Part shown: positions 18,637-28,109 of the stretch, one piece after another | Layout of the letters: each line of letters starts with the position of its first letter | How positions within the stretch are numbered: position 1 is the stretch's first letter | Origin: Patescibacteria group bacterium | GTDB lineage: Bacteria > Patescibacteriota > UBA1384 > GWA2-35-9 > JBASTP01 | Assembly: GCA_049274945.1 (NCBI GenBank) | Contig: JBASTP010000002.1 | Location: 1,125 to 65,124 of the forward strand | Direction of reading: 5' to 3' | DNA: 64,000 bases | Notes under the pieces: model-generated | Database searches by the model: none | What the model was told of the DNA's origin: nothing | The model's input: the letters and a program-made list of their open reading frames with translations, nothing else | Position numbers and translations under genes: made by a program

Positions 18637-18945
18637 ATGGAACAAAAAGATTTAGACCAAATCCGCCAAGTAGTCAAAGAAGAAGTGGTGATCGCGGTTC
18701 AACAAGAGACAAACTCTCTAAATCAAAAAATCGTACAAAATCACCAAGAAGTCATCAAAAAAATTGAGACAGTCAAACAGGAAACAGGCTACCTGAATCA
18801 GAAAATCGAACGCAATCATCGAGAAGTAATACATAAAATTGACCAACTGCGTACCATGGAATCCGAGGATATTGCTCCGCTCTATCAAGCTACAGACAAT
18901 CACGAAAAACGAATCATTAGACTAGAAAAAGCCATCGCCAAATAG
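18637..18945 (+). CDS. coiled-coil hypothetical protein with internal 23-aa tandem duplication
   Basis: AGGAGGTG RBS; NSLNQKIVQNHQEVIKKIETVKQE / GYLNQKIERNHREVIHKIDQLRT. Confidence 0.5.
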   Translation: MEQKDLDQIRQVVKEEVVIAVQQETNSLNQKIVQNHQEVIKKIETVKQETGYLNQKIERNHREVIHKIDQLRTMESEDIAPLYQATDNHEKRIIRLEKAIAK

Positions 18946-18947
18946 CC

Positions 18948-19205
18948 ATGATCGAATTAATTGATTTCTACGCCGATTGGTGCCACCCCTGCCACCTGAT
19001 GCACCCGATTATCGAGGAGATTGAAAAGGAGCACGCGGGCAAGCTGACCGTTACCAAAATTGATGTGGACAAGGAGCCGGAGCGGGCGGCCGAGTTCAAC
19101 GTACTCTCGATTCCAACCTATGTAATCAAAAAAGACGGCAAGGTGGTGGAACAGTTCTCGGGTGCGGTATCCAAGGAAGTGCTCGTGGGTAAGCTTGGGC
19201 TCTAA
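18948..19205 (+). CDS. trxA: thioredoxin (CHPC active site)
   Basis: DFYADWCHPCHLM, thioredoxin fold length. Confidence 0.88.
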   Translation: MIELIDFYADWCHPCHLMHPIIEEIEKEHAGKLTVTKIDVDKEPERAAEFNVLSIPTYVIKKDGKVVEQFSGAVSKEVLVGKLGL

Positions 19206-19782
19206 CCCTGGTACGCCGCATTTGACAGGGAAGTATTGACCTCTATACAATTAGAGCGGCTAAGCGCTTATCTCTGCTTTGCGCTTGCCCCCGAGGGGGC
19301 TCGACTTCCGTCAGCCCCCTCGGGATGGGGTTCTTGAAAAAGTTGATTGAGAAAGGAGGAATGCCCGCATGATAAGGAAGTTCTTCGCCAAGAAGAGCAG
19401 CAATGGCTAAGTGCGACCGCAAGTGCGCATAAGCCGAAAGGGCGGCCGCGCTGAGCCAGAAAAACTCCTGGCCCACCCAAGCGCGCCGCCCTGCACTCAT
19501 TTTTCATTCCTCAATTGATCAGTTTTGTGTGCGTTGTGGCACTCGAGGGATAGCGGCTGCAACCAGCCACGCGTGCACAGGGAACCCGCCAGGCCGATGG
19601 TCCCATCCTCACCGTTGGCCTGGCCATACAATAACCGTACTCTACAGGGTGTGGAGTACGTTACCTTTTCCATTTTTGCAGTTGGCGACGCCACGGACCG
19701 CCCCTCAGCCTCCCCAAGGTCCCACGCCATCTGTACCAGGGGGTGTGGATACCGAACGCGCAGCCCCACCCCGTGGCATCCC

Positions 19783-19836
19783 TCCGCCGTCCGTTTGAGC
19801 AACCTATCGCTTGAATTGGACGGCGTTTTTTTGTGC
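19783..19836 (+). terminator. plus-strand intrinsic terminator (gccgtcc...ggacggc + TTTTTTT)
   Basis: Stem with long loop followed by T7 run. Confidence 0.55.
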
Positions 19837-19840
19837 CAAT

Positions 19841-19900
19841 AAAAAAAAGCCCCGAGATACCGAGCGGCACAGGTGGGGCCTATGCTTGTATCAGTATATC
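19841..19900 (-). terminator. minus-strand intrinsic terminator (gccccgatata...tatctcggggc + UUUUUUUU)
   Basis: On plus strand: A8 run then gccccgagata...tatatcggggc. Confidence 0.65.
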
Positions 19901-20411
19901 GGGGCGAAATGAGCGGGGATGGTTGAAAAACGGGCCGGGTCGCTGGGAGGAAGAGGCTGGTCAACGCCCAGCGAACCCGGACACCGCTGCCGAAACAGAA
20001 GTGCGGGCGGTGGCACCCGCCGACAGGCTTGCGCCCATCGTAGAGCACTCAAACGAGGAGAGGATTTGTGCGGTGCTTGAAGGCCCCTTTCAGGCCCCAG
20101 GTCAAAAAACATCCTTGCGGACGCACCTCTCGGGGGATTTTTCTTACCCCCTACCTGACTTGATTGCTGGATAGCGGCTCGCGGTCAAATTCCGCAAAGC
20201 CGCCATCCGTGCAGCCGCTCACTACAGATCTCTTCTCATACTAAGTCTGACCGCCCAGACTATAACCCTCCTGCCTTGCGGCAGGGTGCGCAGGCAGCAT
20301 GAGAGGCGTAGATTGAGCGCCACCAATTAGCAGGTTGTTCTCGTTCAAGCAAGAATGATCGTACTACGGCCATTTGACAGCTGTCAAGCCCTTGCACTAC
20401 GCTCAAGGTGT

Positions 20412-21689
20412 ATGAAGTTCCTCCACTTTGCCGACATTCACTTTGGCATGGAAAATTACGGCCGCACCGATAGCGCCAGCGGCTTAAGTTCTCGGCTCAC
20501 TGATTGGCAGCGCTCCTATCAATTTTTGATCGATACCGCCCTGAAAGAACAAGTTGATTTCGTGATTTTTTCCGGCGATGCCTACAAAACTCGCGATCCG
20601 GCGCCCACCTACCAGCGCGCCTTTTGCCAAGGCGTCCGCCAGCTGGCGGACGCAGGGATACCGGTGGTCATGATCACCGGCAACCACGATATTCCGAATG
20701 CCCTGGGCAAAGCCACCAGTCTCGATATTTTCGCCGCGCTCAAGGTGCCCCATGTATTGCTGGCCACTGAACCCATACTCCTGGAACTCGATTTGAGCAA
20801 GCACAACCCGGCCAAGCAGGGGATTGTGCAACTGGCGCTCCTACCCTGGCTCACCAAATCAAAGTTCCTGACCGATGAAAAATTGAAACTGATGACCAGC
20901 GAGCAGTTAAGCGGCTATTTTCAGGCAGCAGTAGGCCGCTACATCAAGGATTTTTCAAGCCAGCTCAACCCGCACCACCCGGCAATTTTGGTGGCCCATG
21001 GTTCGGTGGAGGGCGCGGTATTCGGCTCGGAACGGACTATTATGCTCGGCTCGGATATTGTGATCCCGGCCCAGGCGCTGGCGGAGTCGAAATTTGACTA
21101 CGTGGCGCTCGGCCATATTCACAAACACCAGGTGGTGCTCACGCAGCCACTCACCGTATATGCTGGATCGATCGAACGGATTGATTTTGGCGAAGCGAGC
21201 GACGACAAGGGGTTTGTGATTGGGAACATTAGTAGCACAGTAGCCAGTAGCGCGGTAGCGCAGGGGAAAGTTAGTTGGAAATTTGTGAGAGGGCCGGCAC
21301 GACCCTTCACGGTCGTTCAAGTTAAAAGTGAAAAGTTTACCGTGAAAAATTTGGAGCCTACCGAAGTAATACTCCAAGAAATCAGAAAACACGATCTCAA
21401 AGGGGCGGTGGTAAAGGTGGTGATTGAGTGCGACGAGCAGACGGCGCCCCAGATTCTAGAAAACCCCATTCGCCAGCAACTCGAGGTACAAGGCGTGGAC
21501 TTTATTGCCTCAATCCAAAAAGAGGTGGCGGTGGCTGGACGAACAGAAACCGAACTAGGCTACTCTGATTCGCTCGTGGCTGCCTCGCCGCTGGAGCTCC
21601 TCGAAAAGTTTTTTGAGAGCAAAAACACGCCCAAAAAAGAGGTAGCGCGGTTGCGCCAAATGGCGGAACAACTGCTGGCAGAACGTTAA
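20412..21689 (+). CDS. sbcD: DNA repair exonuclease SbcD (Mre11-like)
   Basis: LHFADIHFG, GDAYK, ITGNHD phosphoesterase motifs; start at MKFLHF. Confidence 0.85.
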   Translation: MKFLHFADIHFGMENYGRTDSASGLSSRLTDWQRSYQFLIDTALKEQVDFVIFSGDAYKTRDPAPTYQRAFCQGVRQLADAGIPVVMITGNHDIPNALGKATSLDIFAALKVPHVLLATEPILLELDLSKHNPAKQGIVQLALLPWLTKSKFLTDEKLKLMTSEQLSGYFQAAVGRYIKDFSSQLNPHHPAILVAHGSVEGAVFGSERTIMLGSDIVIPAQALAESKFDYVALGHIHKHQVVLTQPLTVYAGSIERIDFGEASDDKGFVIGNISSTVASSAVAQGKVSWKFVRGPARPFTVVQVKSEKFTVKNLEPTEVILQEIRKHDLKGAVVKVVIECDEQTAPQILENPIRQQLEVQGVDFIASIQKEVAVAGRTETELGYSDSLVAASPLELLEKFFESKNTPKKEVARLRQMAEQLLAER

Positions 21690-21735
21690 TAAGACCAGGA
21701 ATACCAAGGGTTACTCGAAGCAACAACCCCTGGGG

Positions 21736-22158
21736 TTACTTTTTTACTTTTTTGGGTTCGAACTTGAGCGAGCACGAGTTAATGCAGTACCTCATTCCCG
21801 AAGCCGGCTTGCCGTCGGACATACTCGAGGGGCCGTCGGGGAAAACGTGGCCTAAATGCGCGCCGCAGTGTTTGCACATTACCTCGATGCGCGTCATGCC
21901 GTGGGAGGTATCGGTGGCGGTGGTGATGTTCTCGGCGACCGCCGGATCGGTAAAGCTGGGCCAACCGGTGCCGGATTCGAATTTGGCGTCGGAGGCAAAC
22001 AAGGGAGCGTTACACACCAAACAATGGTACATGCCATCATCGTGATTGTTCCAATATTTGCCGGAAAACGCCCCTTCGGTACCTTTTTCCTGGGTTACCC
22101 GATACTCGTCCGGGGATAGTTTCTTTTTGAGGTCTGCTTTGTTTAATTTTGTGGTCAT
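21736..22158 (-). CDS. msrB: peptide methionine sulfoxide reductase MsrB
   Basis: CLVCNAPLF...[12 protein letters not shown]. Confidence 0.92.
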   Translation of the reverse strand: MTTKLNKADLKKKLSPDEYRVTQEKGTEGAFSGKYWNNHDDGMYHCLVCNAPLFASDAKFESGTGWPSFTDPAVAENITTATDTSHGMTRIEVMCKHCGAHLGHVFPDGPSSMSDGKPASGMRYCINSCSLKFEPKKVKK

Positions 22159-22194
22159 TTTTCTTCTATATTACTGACTTATTATTAATTAGCG

Positions 22195-22340
22195 ACGGGT
22201 GGCGAGAGGTGCGAGGGGACGGGCGGGTTGCTAGCCTGCCTGCCGGTAGGCAGGCGCCACAGGAAGCCCGTTATGGCCGACGCGCTCCTGTAGAGCGCAC
22301 GCCCGAGGCGGTACCTGAGCCAGGACCCGCCGCTAAAAAA
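22195..22340. repeat. GC-rich modular repeat family, copy B (with 22-bp palindromic insertion tgcctgccggtaggcagg)
   Basis: gtggcgagaggt...gggcgggttgctagc[insert]gccacaggaag...tagagcgcacgcccgaggcggtacctgagccaggacccg. Confidence 0.65.
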
Positions 22341-22350
22341 TACATTGCTA

Positions 22351-22851
22351 CTAAATGTGGCAGGTTGCCTTAATGCCGCGCTTGGCGTAATACTGTTGGT
22401 GATAATCTTCGGCTTCGAAAAACCCCTTGGCCGGCACGATTTGGGTAACAATTTTTTGAGTCAACTCTTTCTGGTACGCGTCGCGGGATTTTTCGGCAGC
22501 GTTCTTTTGTTCGGCATTTTTGTAAAAAATCACCGAACGATACTGGCTGCCAACGTCAACCCCTTGGCGATTAGGGGTAGTAGCGTTATGATTTTTCCAG
22601 AAGATATTCAGGAGCGCTTCGTAGGAAATTATTTTGGGATCATAGGTCACTTCCACCGCCTCGGCGTGGCCCGTGGCATCAGCGCAGACTTGCTCGTAAC
22701 TCGGATTTTTTACGCTGCCGCCGCTGTAGCCAACCCGCGTTGACTTGACCCCTTTTTGCATGCGGAAAATCTCCTCCACACCCCAAAAACACCCGGCGGC
22801 AAAGGTGGCGGTAGAAAGCTTTCCAAGTGGCTGTTTTGGCATAGTACTCAT
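22351..22851 (-). CDS. msrA: peptide methionine sulfoxide reductase MsrA
   Basis: ATFAAGCFWGVE active site. Confidence 0.92.
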   Translation of the reverse strand: MSTMPKQPLGKLSTATFAAGCFWGVEEIFRMQKGVKSTRVGYSGGSVKNPSYEQVCADATGHAEAVEVTYDPKIISYEALLNIFWKNHNATTPNRQGVDVGSQYRSVIFYKNAEQKNAAEKSRDAYQKELTQKIVTQIVPAKGFFEAEDYHQQYYAKRGIKATCHI

Positions 22852-22957
22852 TTAACCTAGCCGTTGAGTCTTTATTCTACCATCTCCTTGACTTTTTGTC
22901 AATTTTGGTGATAGGCGGTATAGACGGTTTTATGCCAGGTGTCGTAGTATTGGGCGT

Positions 22958-25030
22958 ATGATCCCCGTTAAACTCACCCTCCACAACTTCCTCTCCTACG
23001 CCGATGCCCAGCTCGATTTCGGGCCGTTTGATTTGGCGGTGCTGACCGGCCCCAACGGGGTAGGCAAGTCATCACTCCTGGAAGCGATCACCTGGTGTGT
23101 GTGGGAGCAGGCGAGAGCCAGTGCTAATGAGCTGATCCGCCAGGGCGAGCAAACTATGTGGACCGAGTTCATCTTCGAGCACGAGGGCGGCGTGTACCGC
23201 ATCGTGCGGCGCCGAGCGCGCAAAAGCCGGGGCGGCGAAACCACGTTGGAGTTCCAGATTAAAAATAGTAGTCAGGGACAGTGGAAAAGTCTCACCGAAG
23301 GGACGATTCGACTGACTCAGGAAAAGATCATCAGCACGCTGCGGTTGCCGTACGAAATTTTTGTAAACTCGAGCTACCTGCGCCAAGGCCATGCCGATGA
23401 GTTTACCGTGAAAACCCCGGCTGAGCGCAAAGCGCTCCTGGCAGAGATCTTAGGGTTGTCATTGTACGACACGCTCGAGGAGCGAGCACGCGAGAAAATG
23501 CGCCAAGCCCAGTCGCGGCTCGAACTACTCAAAGTGCAGACCATTGAGCTCAAGCTGCAGCTTGCGAGGCAGCCAGAAATTGAAGCGGCGCTCAAAACCA
23601 GCCAACAAGACCACGAACGAATCAATAAAACAGTGGGCATTGCCACTGAAAACCTCGAAAAATTAAACGAGGATCGGCTGCAGTTTGAGAAAATCGGCCA
23701 GCAACTTGAACTTGAACGTAAACATTTTGCGACATTGCAAGGACAGATTAAGGAGCTGATGGAGCAAAAAGACGCCACGGCCAAGGAGCTCAAGGAACTG
23801 AAGGAAAGCTTAACTCATAAAGAAGAGACCGAAACAAAATTCAAGGAGTACCAAGTGGTAAAAAAACGGCTCGATACGCTGTCGCATACGCTAATGGTTG
23901 CCCAAAAAATTGAGCAGGATTTGGCGGTAGGGGAGTCGAAGCAGAACGATTTGGCGAGTATTACCAAACGGCTGGGCGAACTGAAACACTGCCCAACCTG
24001 CCTGCGGCCGCTGCCTAAAACCGAAGCCCAAACAATCATTAAGGAACTGGAAGCTGAGTTTGCCAAAACCACCGGCAGCGCGCTCACCCAGCTCAGGGCT
24101 TCGCTTGCCAAGCTGGGGTTTTCGAAGGACGAGTATGCCAAGCTCCAGGCCCAGTACCGTGAGCTCGATAGCACGGTAGGCGAAATGCAGGAACTCAAAG
24201 TTGCCCAGACTAAAATCAGTGAAAAGCAACAATTTGTGGCTACCCTGGAACACCAGGTAGTCGCCCAGACTAAACAACTTGCCGAAATCACGGCATCGGG
24301 CCGCAAGCTCAAACTCGAACAGGTGAAATTCGAGCACGCTTCAACGATGTACCAGCAAGAAAAAACGCGGCTCGATGCACTGCAACTCCAAAAATCGCAA
24401 CTCGAACGGACCCTGGGCGGCCTCCAGGAACAGGTGAAAGGGATCAAGGAACAGCAAACAAGGAACAAAGAACTCACTAAAGAACTAACTAAACTCCAAG
24501 AGGAAACGCAGAGCTGGCAGGCGCTGGCACTGGCATTTTCCAAAAAGGGTATTCAGGCCATGATTATTGAACAGTCGCTCCCGGCGATCGAGCAGGAGGC
24601 CAACGTGATTTTGGGGCGGCTCTCTGACTCCCGGCTCAAAGTGGCGTTCGAAACGCAGCGCGCGAAAAAAACCTCTGACGAGCTCATCGAAACGCTCGAC
24701 ATTATTGTGTCCGACGAGCTAGGGGAGCGCGCCTATGAACTCTTTTCCGGCGGCGAAGGATTTCGGATCAACTTTGCCATTCGGGTGGCAATCAGCAAAT
24801 TGCTTTCTATGCGGGCCGGCGCCAAACTTAAGTTTTTGGTGATTGACGAGGGTTTTGGCATGCTCGATATGGCCGGCCAGCAAGACATCATTGCCGCGAT
24901 TAATGCCATCAGGGAAGATTTTGCCAAGGTGATTGTGGTGAGCCACATCGAGACGATTAAGGATGCGTTCCAGACCAGAATTGAAGTCTCGAAGGGGGTG
25001 CATGGCTCGCAGATCTCGCTTGTAACCTAG
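22958..25030 (+). CDS. sbcC: SbcC/Rad50-like coiled-coil ATPase
   Basis: N-terminal GPNGVGKSS Walker A, long coiled coil with CPTC zinc hook, C-terminal signature/Walker B (VIDEGFGMLD). Confidence 0.85.
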   Translation: MIPVKLTLHNFLSYADAQLDFGPFDLAVLTGPNGVGKSSLLEAITWCVWEQARASANELIRQGEQTMWTEFIFEHEGGVYRIVRRRARKSRGGETTLEFQIKNSSQGQWKSLTEGTIRLTQEKIISTLRLPYEIFVNSSYLRQGHADEFTVKTPAERKALLAEILGLSLYDTLEERAREKMRQAQSRLELLKVQTIELKLQLARQPEIEAALKTSQQDHERINKTVGIATENLEKLNEDRLQFEKIGQQLELERKHFATLQGQIKELMEQKDATAKELKELKESLTHKEETETKFKEYQVVKKRLDTLSHTLMVAQKIEQDLAVGESKQNDLASITKRLGELKHCPTCLRPLPKTEAQTIIKELEAEFAKTTGSALTQLRASLAKLGFSKDEYAKLQAQYRELDSTVGEMQELKVAQTKISEKQQFVATLEHQVVAQTKQLAEITASGRKLKLEQVKFEHASTMYQQEKTRLDALQLQKSQLERTLGGLQEQVKGIKEQQTRNKELTKELTKLQEETQSWQALALAFSKKGIQAMIIEQSLPAIEQEANVILGRLSDSRLKVAFETQRAKKTSDELIETLDIIVSDELGERAYELFSGGEGFRINFAIRVAISKLLSMRAGAKLKFLVIDEGFGMLDMAGQQDIIAAINAIREDFAKVIVVSHIETIKDAFQTRIEVSKGVHGSQISLVT

Positions 25031-25039
25031 ACCTGACCT

Positions 25040-25068
25040 ATTGACAAACCATTGCAATATACTTAAAA
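25040..25068 (+). promoter_or_regulatory. sigma70-like promoter TTGACA-17-TAAAAT
   Basis: ttgacaaaccattgcaatatacttaaaat. Confidence 0.5.
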
Positions 25069-25555
25069 TATTGCGTTAATAAAAGAAGCTGGGTTGGGCT
25101 ATGGATCAGTAACGGCATGGCGCCGATTCACGCCCTACCTAGCAACTTTCGAAGTTGAACAATAGTTTACCCGCCTCGGACGAACACCAAGCAACTGCGC
25201 CTGCGCATTACGCGCCGCCTCTCGATAGAGGCCCTCAAAGTGCAGTATTGCAAAGTGGAGCCCGAGGCGGGGCGCGCCAAGGTGACCGCGGCGGTATTTG
25301 TTCCAGAGCCTCATAAGCTTTGGAGCCGCGGTCACCTGGCCATTTCAATCAACGTCCACCGGTCCTCGTTCGCGCCATTGCTCCCACCCAAGGAGTAAAG
25401 GCCGAATTATCCCACTCACCGGACCGGTGATGGACGGAGGATTTTCCTGCTGTCGGCTCACGATGGGCTGATGGTGGGGGCTTTTGGCCCGGTTTTCCTC
25501 ACGTTGTTTTCTTACTGTATTCATTTTATTCTTTGTGAGAGACCGGGCTTTTGTT

Positions 25556-26212
25556 ATGAAAACAATTTACGAAGACGACCATATATTGGTAATCGACAAA
25601 CCCGCAGGAGTTGAGATGGGAGAGTTTACCACCCGAAGCCTTGGCGAAGGGTGGCCGGCCCATCGCCTCGATAAAGACACCTCGGGCCTTTTGGTGGTGG
25701 CGAAAAACGCCGCGGTACTCGAAAAATTGCAGGACCAATTCAAAAAGCGCCAGGTTACGAAAGCCTACCTGGCGCTGGTGTATGGGGAAATGGCGAAAGA
25801 AGGGGAACTGGTGACTGAGATTGTGCGCGATCCTTCGCGCAAGGTGCCGTTTAAGGCGGTAGCCGTAGCAAGCGGGTTGGAGCGGGGCGATCCGCGGGTG
25901 GCGAAAACGGCATGGCAGGTGGTGAAAAAATTAACCATTAACCATTACCCATTAACCCTTGTGCGGGTTCACATCACCACCGGCCGCACCCACCAGATCC
26001 GCGTTCATATGAAATACCTTGGTTACCCAATCATGGGGGACCAAGTATACTTCACCAAGCCTTCGCGAGAACTGAGCAGAAAACTCGGCCTCAAACGGCA
26101 GTTCCTCCACGCGGCGAGGCTTGATTTCACTCATCCGGTGAGCGGCAAAAAACTGTACTTTAAGACCGATCTCCCGGCGGATTTAACCATGGATCGTATT
26201 GGATTAATGTAA
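25556..26212 (+). CDS. RluA-family pseudouridine synthase
   Basis: HRLDKDTSGLLVVAKN catalytic motif. Confidence 0.85.
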   Translation: MKTIYEDDHILVIDKPAGVEMGEFTTRSLGEGWPAHRLDKDTSGLLVVAKNAAVLEKLQDQFKKRQVTKAYLALVYGEMAKEGELVTEIVRDPSRKVPFKAVAVASGLERGDPRVAKTAWQVVKKLTINHYPLTLVRVHITTGRTHQIRVHMKYLGYPIMGDQVYFTKPSRELSRKLGLKRQFLHAARLDFTHPVSGKKLYFKTDLPADLTMDRIGLM

Positions 26213-26378
26213 CATCTATCTCTTTTTTGCTCGATGGGGCATCTTTGCTTATCTCAGTATGAAAATCATCGAGCTCGGCGCGCAATCGCTTGATACTTGG
26301 GAGGTATTCGGCAAGGAATACAAGCCCACCATAAACCACAAAAACCAACCACACGAACCACGGCACACCGAATAACAT
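26160..26378 (-). CDS. possible small membrane protein (72 aa), overlaps 3' end of rluA-family gene on opposite strand
   Basis: Hydrophobic N-terminus FGVPWFVWLVFVVYGGLVFL; weak. Confidence 0.3.
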   Translation of the reverse strand: MLFGVPWFVWLVFVVYGGLVFLAEYLPSIKRLRAELDDFHTEISKDAPSSKKEIDVTLIQYDPWLNPPGDRS

Positions 26379-26447
26379 GGCCAACTCCTTGCTTCAAGAT
26401 ACGGGCAACGCTGAGTATAGCAAAAAAGTAGGGTATAATAAAGCACT

Positions 26448-27005
26448 ATGCCGCGGATTTTTGTGATTTCTGGGCCTGCCGGAGTAGGCAAGGGCACCAT
26501 TGTAAAAGGCTTAATGGGGCGCCCGGGACTTAACTTGGTGTGGGCGAAATCCTACACCACCCGGCCGCCGCGGCCGTCTGACCGGCTAGAACATCACTAC
26601 TTTTTTGTTTCACCGGAAAAGTTTAAGGAGCTCCAGCAAGTGGGTGAGATCTTTGAATCCAACTTCTACAACGGCGCCTGGTATGGCAGTTCCAAACAAT
26701 CAATCCAGGAGGCCCTGGCCGCGAGCAAGAACGTGGTGATGGAAGTTGAGGTGAACGGCGGCAATGCCTACCGCGAGCAATATCCAACTTCGGTACTTAT
26801 TTTTATTAAAGCACCGCTTGAACAGATCGAACGCCAGCTCACTGGCCGCCGCCAGAATACCCGTGAGGAAATCTTGGAACGGCTTGCCACCGCGAAAACC
26901 GAACTCGAAGCGGCAAGCTGGTACGACCATGTGATTGAAAATCTACCCGGCAGGGCCGAACAGGCAATCGAGCAGGTGGCCGAAATTATGAAACGCTCCC
27001 AATGA
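26448..27005 (+). CDS. gmk: guanylate kinase
   Basis: SGPAGVGKGT P-loop; YTTRPPR. Confidence 0.92.
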   Translation: MPRIFVISGPAGVGKGTIVKGLMGRPGLNLVWAKSYTTRPPRPSDRLEHHYFFVSPEKFKELQQVGEIFESNFYNGAWYGSSKQSIQEALAASKNVVMEVEVNGGNAYREQYPTSVLIFIKAPLEQIERQLTGRRQNTREEILERLATAKTELEAASWYDHVIENLPGRAEQAIEQVAEIMKRSQ

Positions 27006-27056
27006 AAACCAGCGCTCAACCTTGAACCTTACCTCCGGGAGCGCTACAATCCTCCT

Positions 27057-28109
27057 ATGACTTCGAACGACCACTTCTATGTTGTGATTATGGCCGGCGG
27101 GGTGGGGACGCGGCTGTGGCCAAAATCGCGCAGAGCTATCCCCAAGCAGTTCCAAAAGATTATCGGCGACGAAACACTCCTGCGGACCACCTTCAAACGG
27201 GTGCTACCACTAGTAGCTTCGGTTAACCATATTCTTGTGTCCACCAATGCCGAGTACGCAAAGCTCGTCCGCAAGGAGCTGCCGGAGCTGCCGACCAAAA
27301 ACCTGATTGTCGAACCGCAGCCACGCAATACGGCGCCGGCCATGGCCGTGGCCGCCTGGGTGATTGCCAAACGCGATCCCCAGGCGATCGTGGCGACCGC
27401 CGCGTCTGACCACGTGGTACTCAAAGAGAAAAACTTTCACCATGCCATTGGGCAAGCGGTGAACGTGCTGCAACGCGACCCCGCTCAATTGACAGCAATC
27501 GGCATTAAGCCCACGTACCCGGAAACTGGGTATGGCTATATTAAACTCGGGCGACCATATCGACCGAACAAATCCAAAATCTTTCACGTTGATAAATTTG
27601 TGGAAAAACCGGATGAAAAAACCGCGAAAAAGTACCTGGAATCGGGTAAGTATCTCTGGAACGCCAGTTACTTTGTTTGGACTGCCCAGCACTTCCTTAG
27701 TCTGGTAAAACAGCACCTGCCGGTGGTCTACCGAAAACTACCGGAGTATCCGCGCCACTTCAAAACCTTTCCGAACGTGCCGGTGGACACCGCCATTGCC
27801 GAAAAAACCACCACGATGGTGGTAGTGCCGGCAGATTTGGGGTGGTCAGACATTGGCTCCTGGGCGGCGGTGTTTGATGTTATGAAACCCAAGCATGGCG
27901 AGAACGTAATCTCTGGGCTCCACGTTGGGATCGATACCAACAACTGCTTGATTCACGGCGCTGATCGGCTAATCGCTACGGTGGGGCTCGAGAACATGGT
28001 GCTGGTGGACACCGGCGACGTGATCTTGGTAGCCAAGAAAGATCGGGCCCAAGATGTGAAGCACATTATTGATAAGCTGCGGGAACAAGGTGAGAAAAAA
28101 TATTTTTAA
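27057..28109 (+). CDS. manC: mannose-1-phosphate guanylyltransferase-like nucleotidyltransferase
   Basis: VIMAGGVGTRLWP N-terminal NTP-transferase motif. Confidence 0.8.
   Translation: MTSNDHFYVVIMAGGVGTRLWPKSRRAIPKQFQKIIGDETLLRTTFKRVLPLVASVNHILVSTNAEYAKLVRKELPELPTKNLIVEPQPRNTAPAMAVAAWVIAKRDPQAIVATAASDHVVLKEKNFHHAIGQAVNVLQRDPAQLTAIGIKPTYPETGYGYIKLGRPYRPNKSKIFHVDKFVEKPDEKTAKKYLESGKYLWNASYFVWTAQHFLSLVKQHLPVVYRKLPEYPRHFKTFPNVPVDTAIAEKTTTMVVVPADLGWSDIGSWAAVFDVMKPKHGENVISGLHVGIDTNNCLIHGADRLIATVGLENMVLVDTGDVILVAKKDRAQDVKHIIDKLREQGEKKYF

Noticed and set aside
19497-20048. 183-aa minus-strand ORF in the ORF-free region
   Set aside because: It reads straight through a strong intrinsic terminator hairpin and U-run. 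It has no RBS or motif, and region-wide overlapping ORFs on both strands indicate GC-rich noncoding DNA.
23815-24543. 242-aa minus-strand ORF
   Set aside because: Antisense to the sbcC coiled-coil and Ser/Cys-rich junk.
25135-25335. 66-aa minus-strand ORF and a tmRNA-like reading of the 25.0-25.5 kb region
   Set aside because: The ORF is Arg-rich without an RBS. No tRNA-like T-arm/CCA end or ANDENYALAA-type tag frame was found on either strand.
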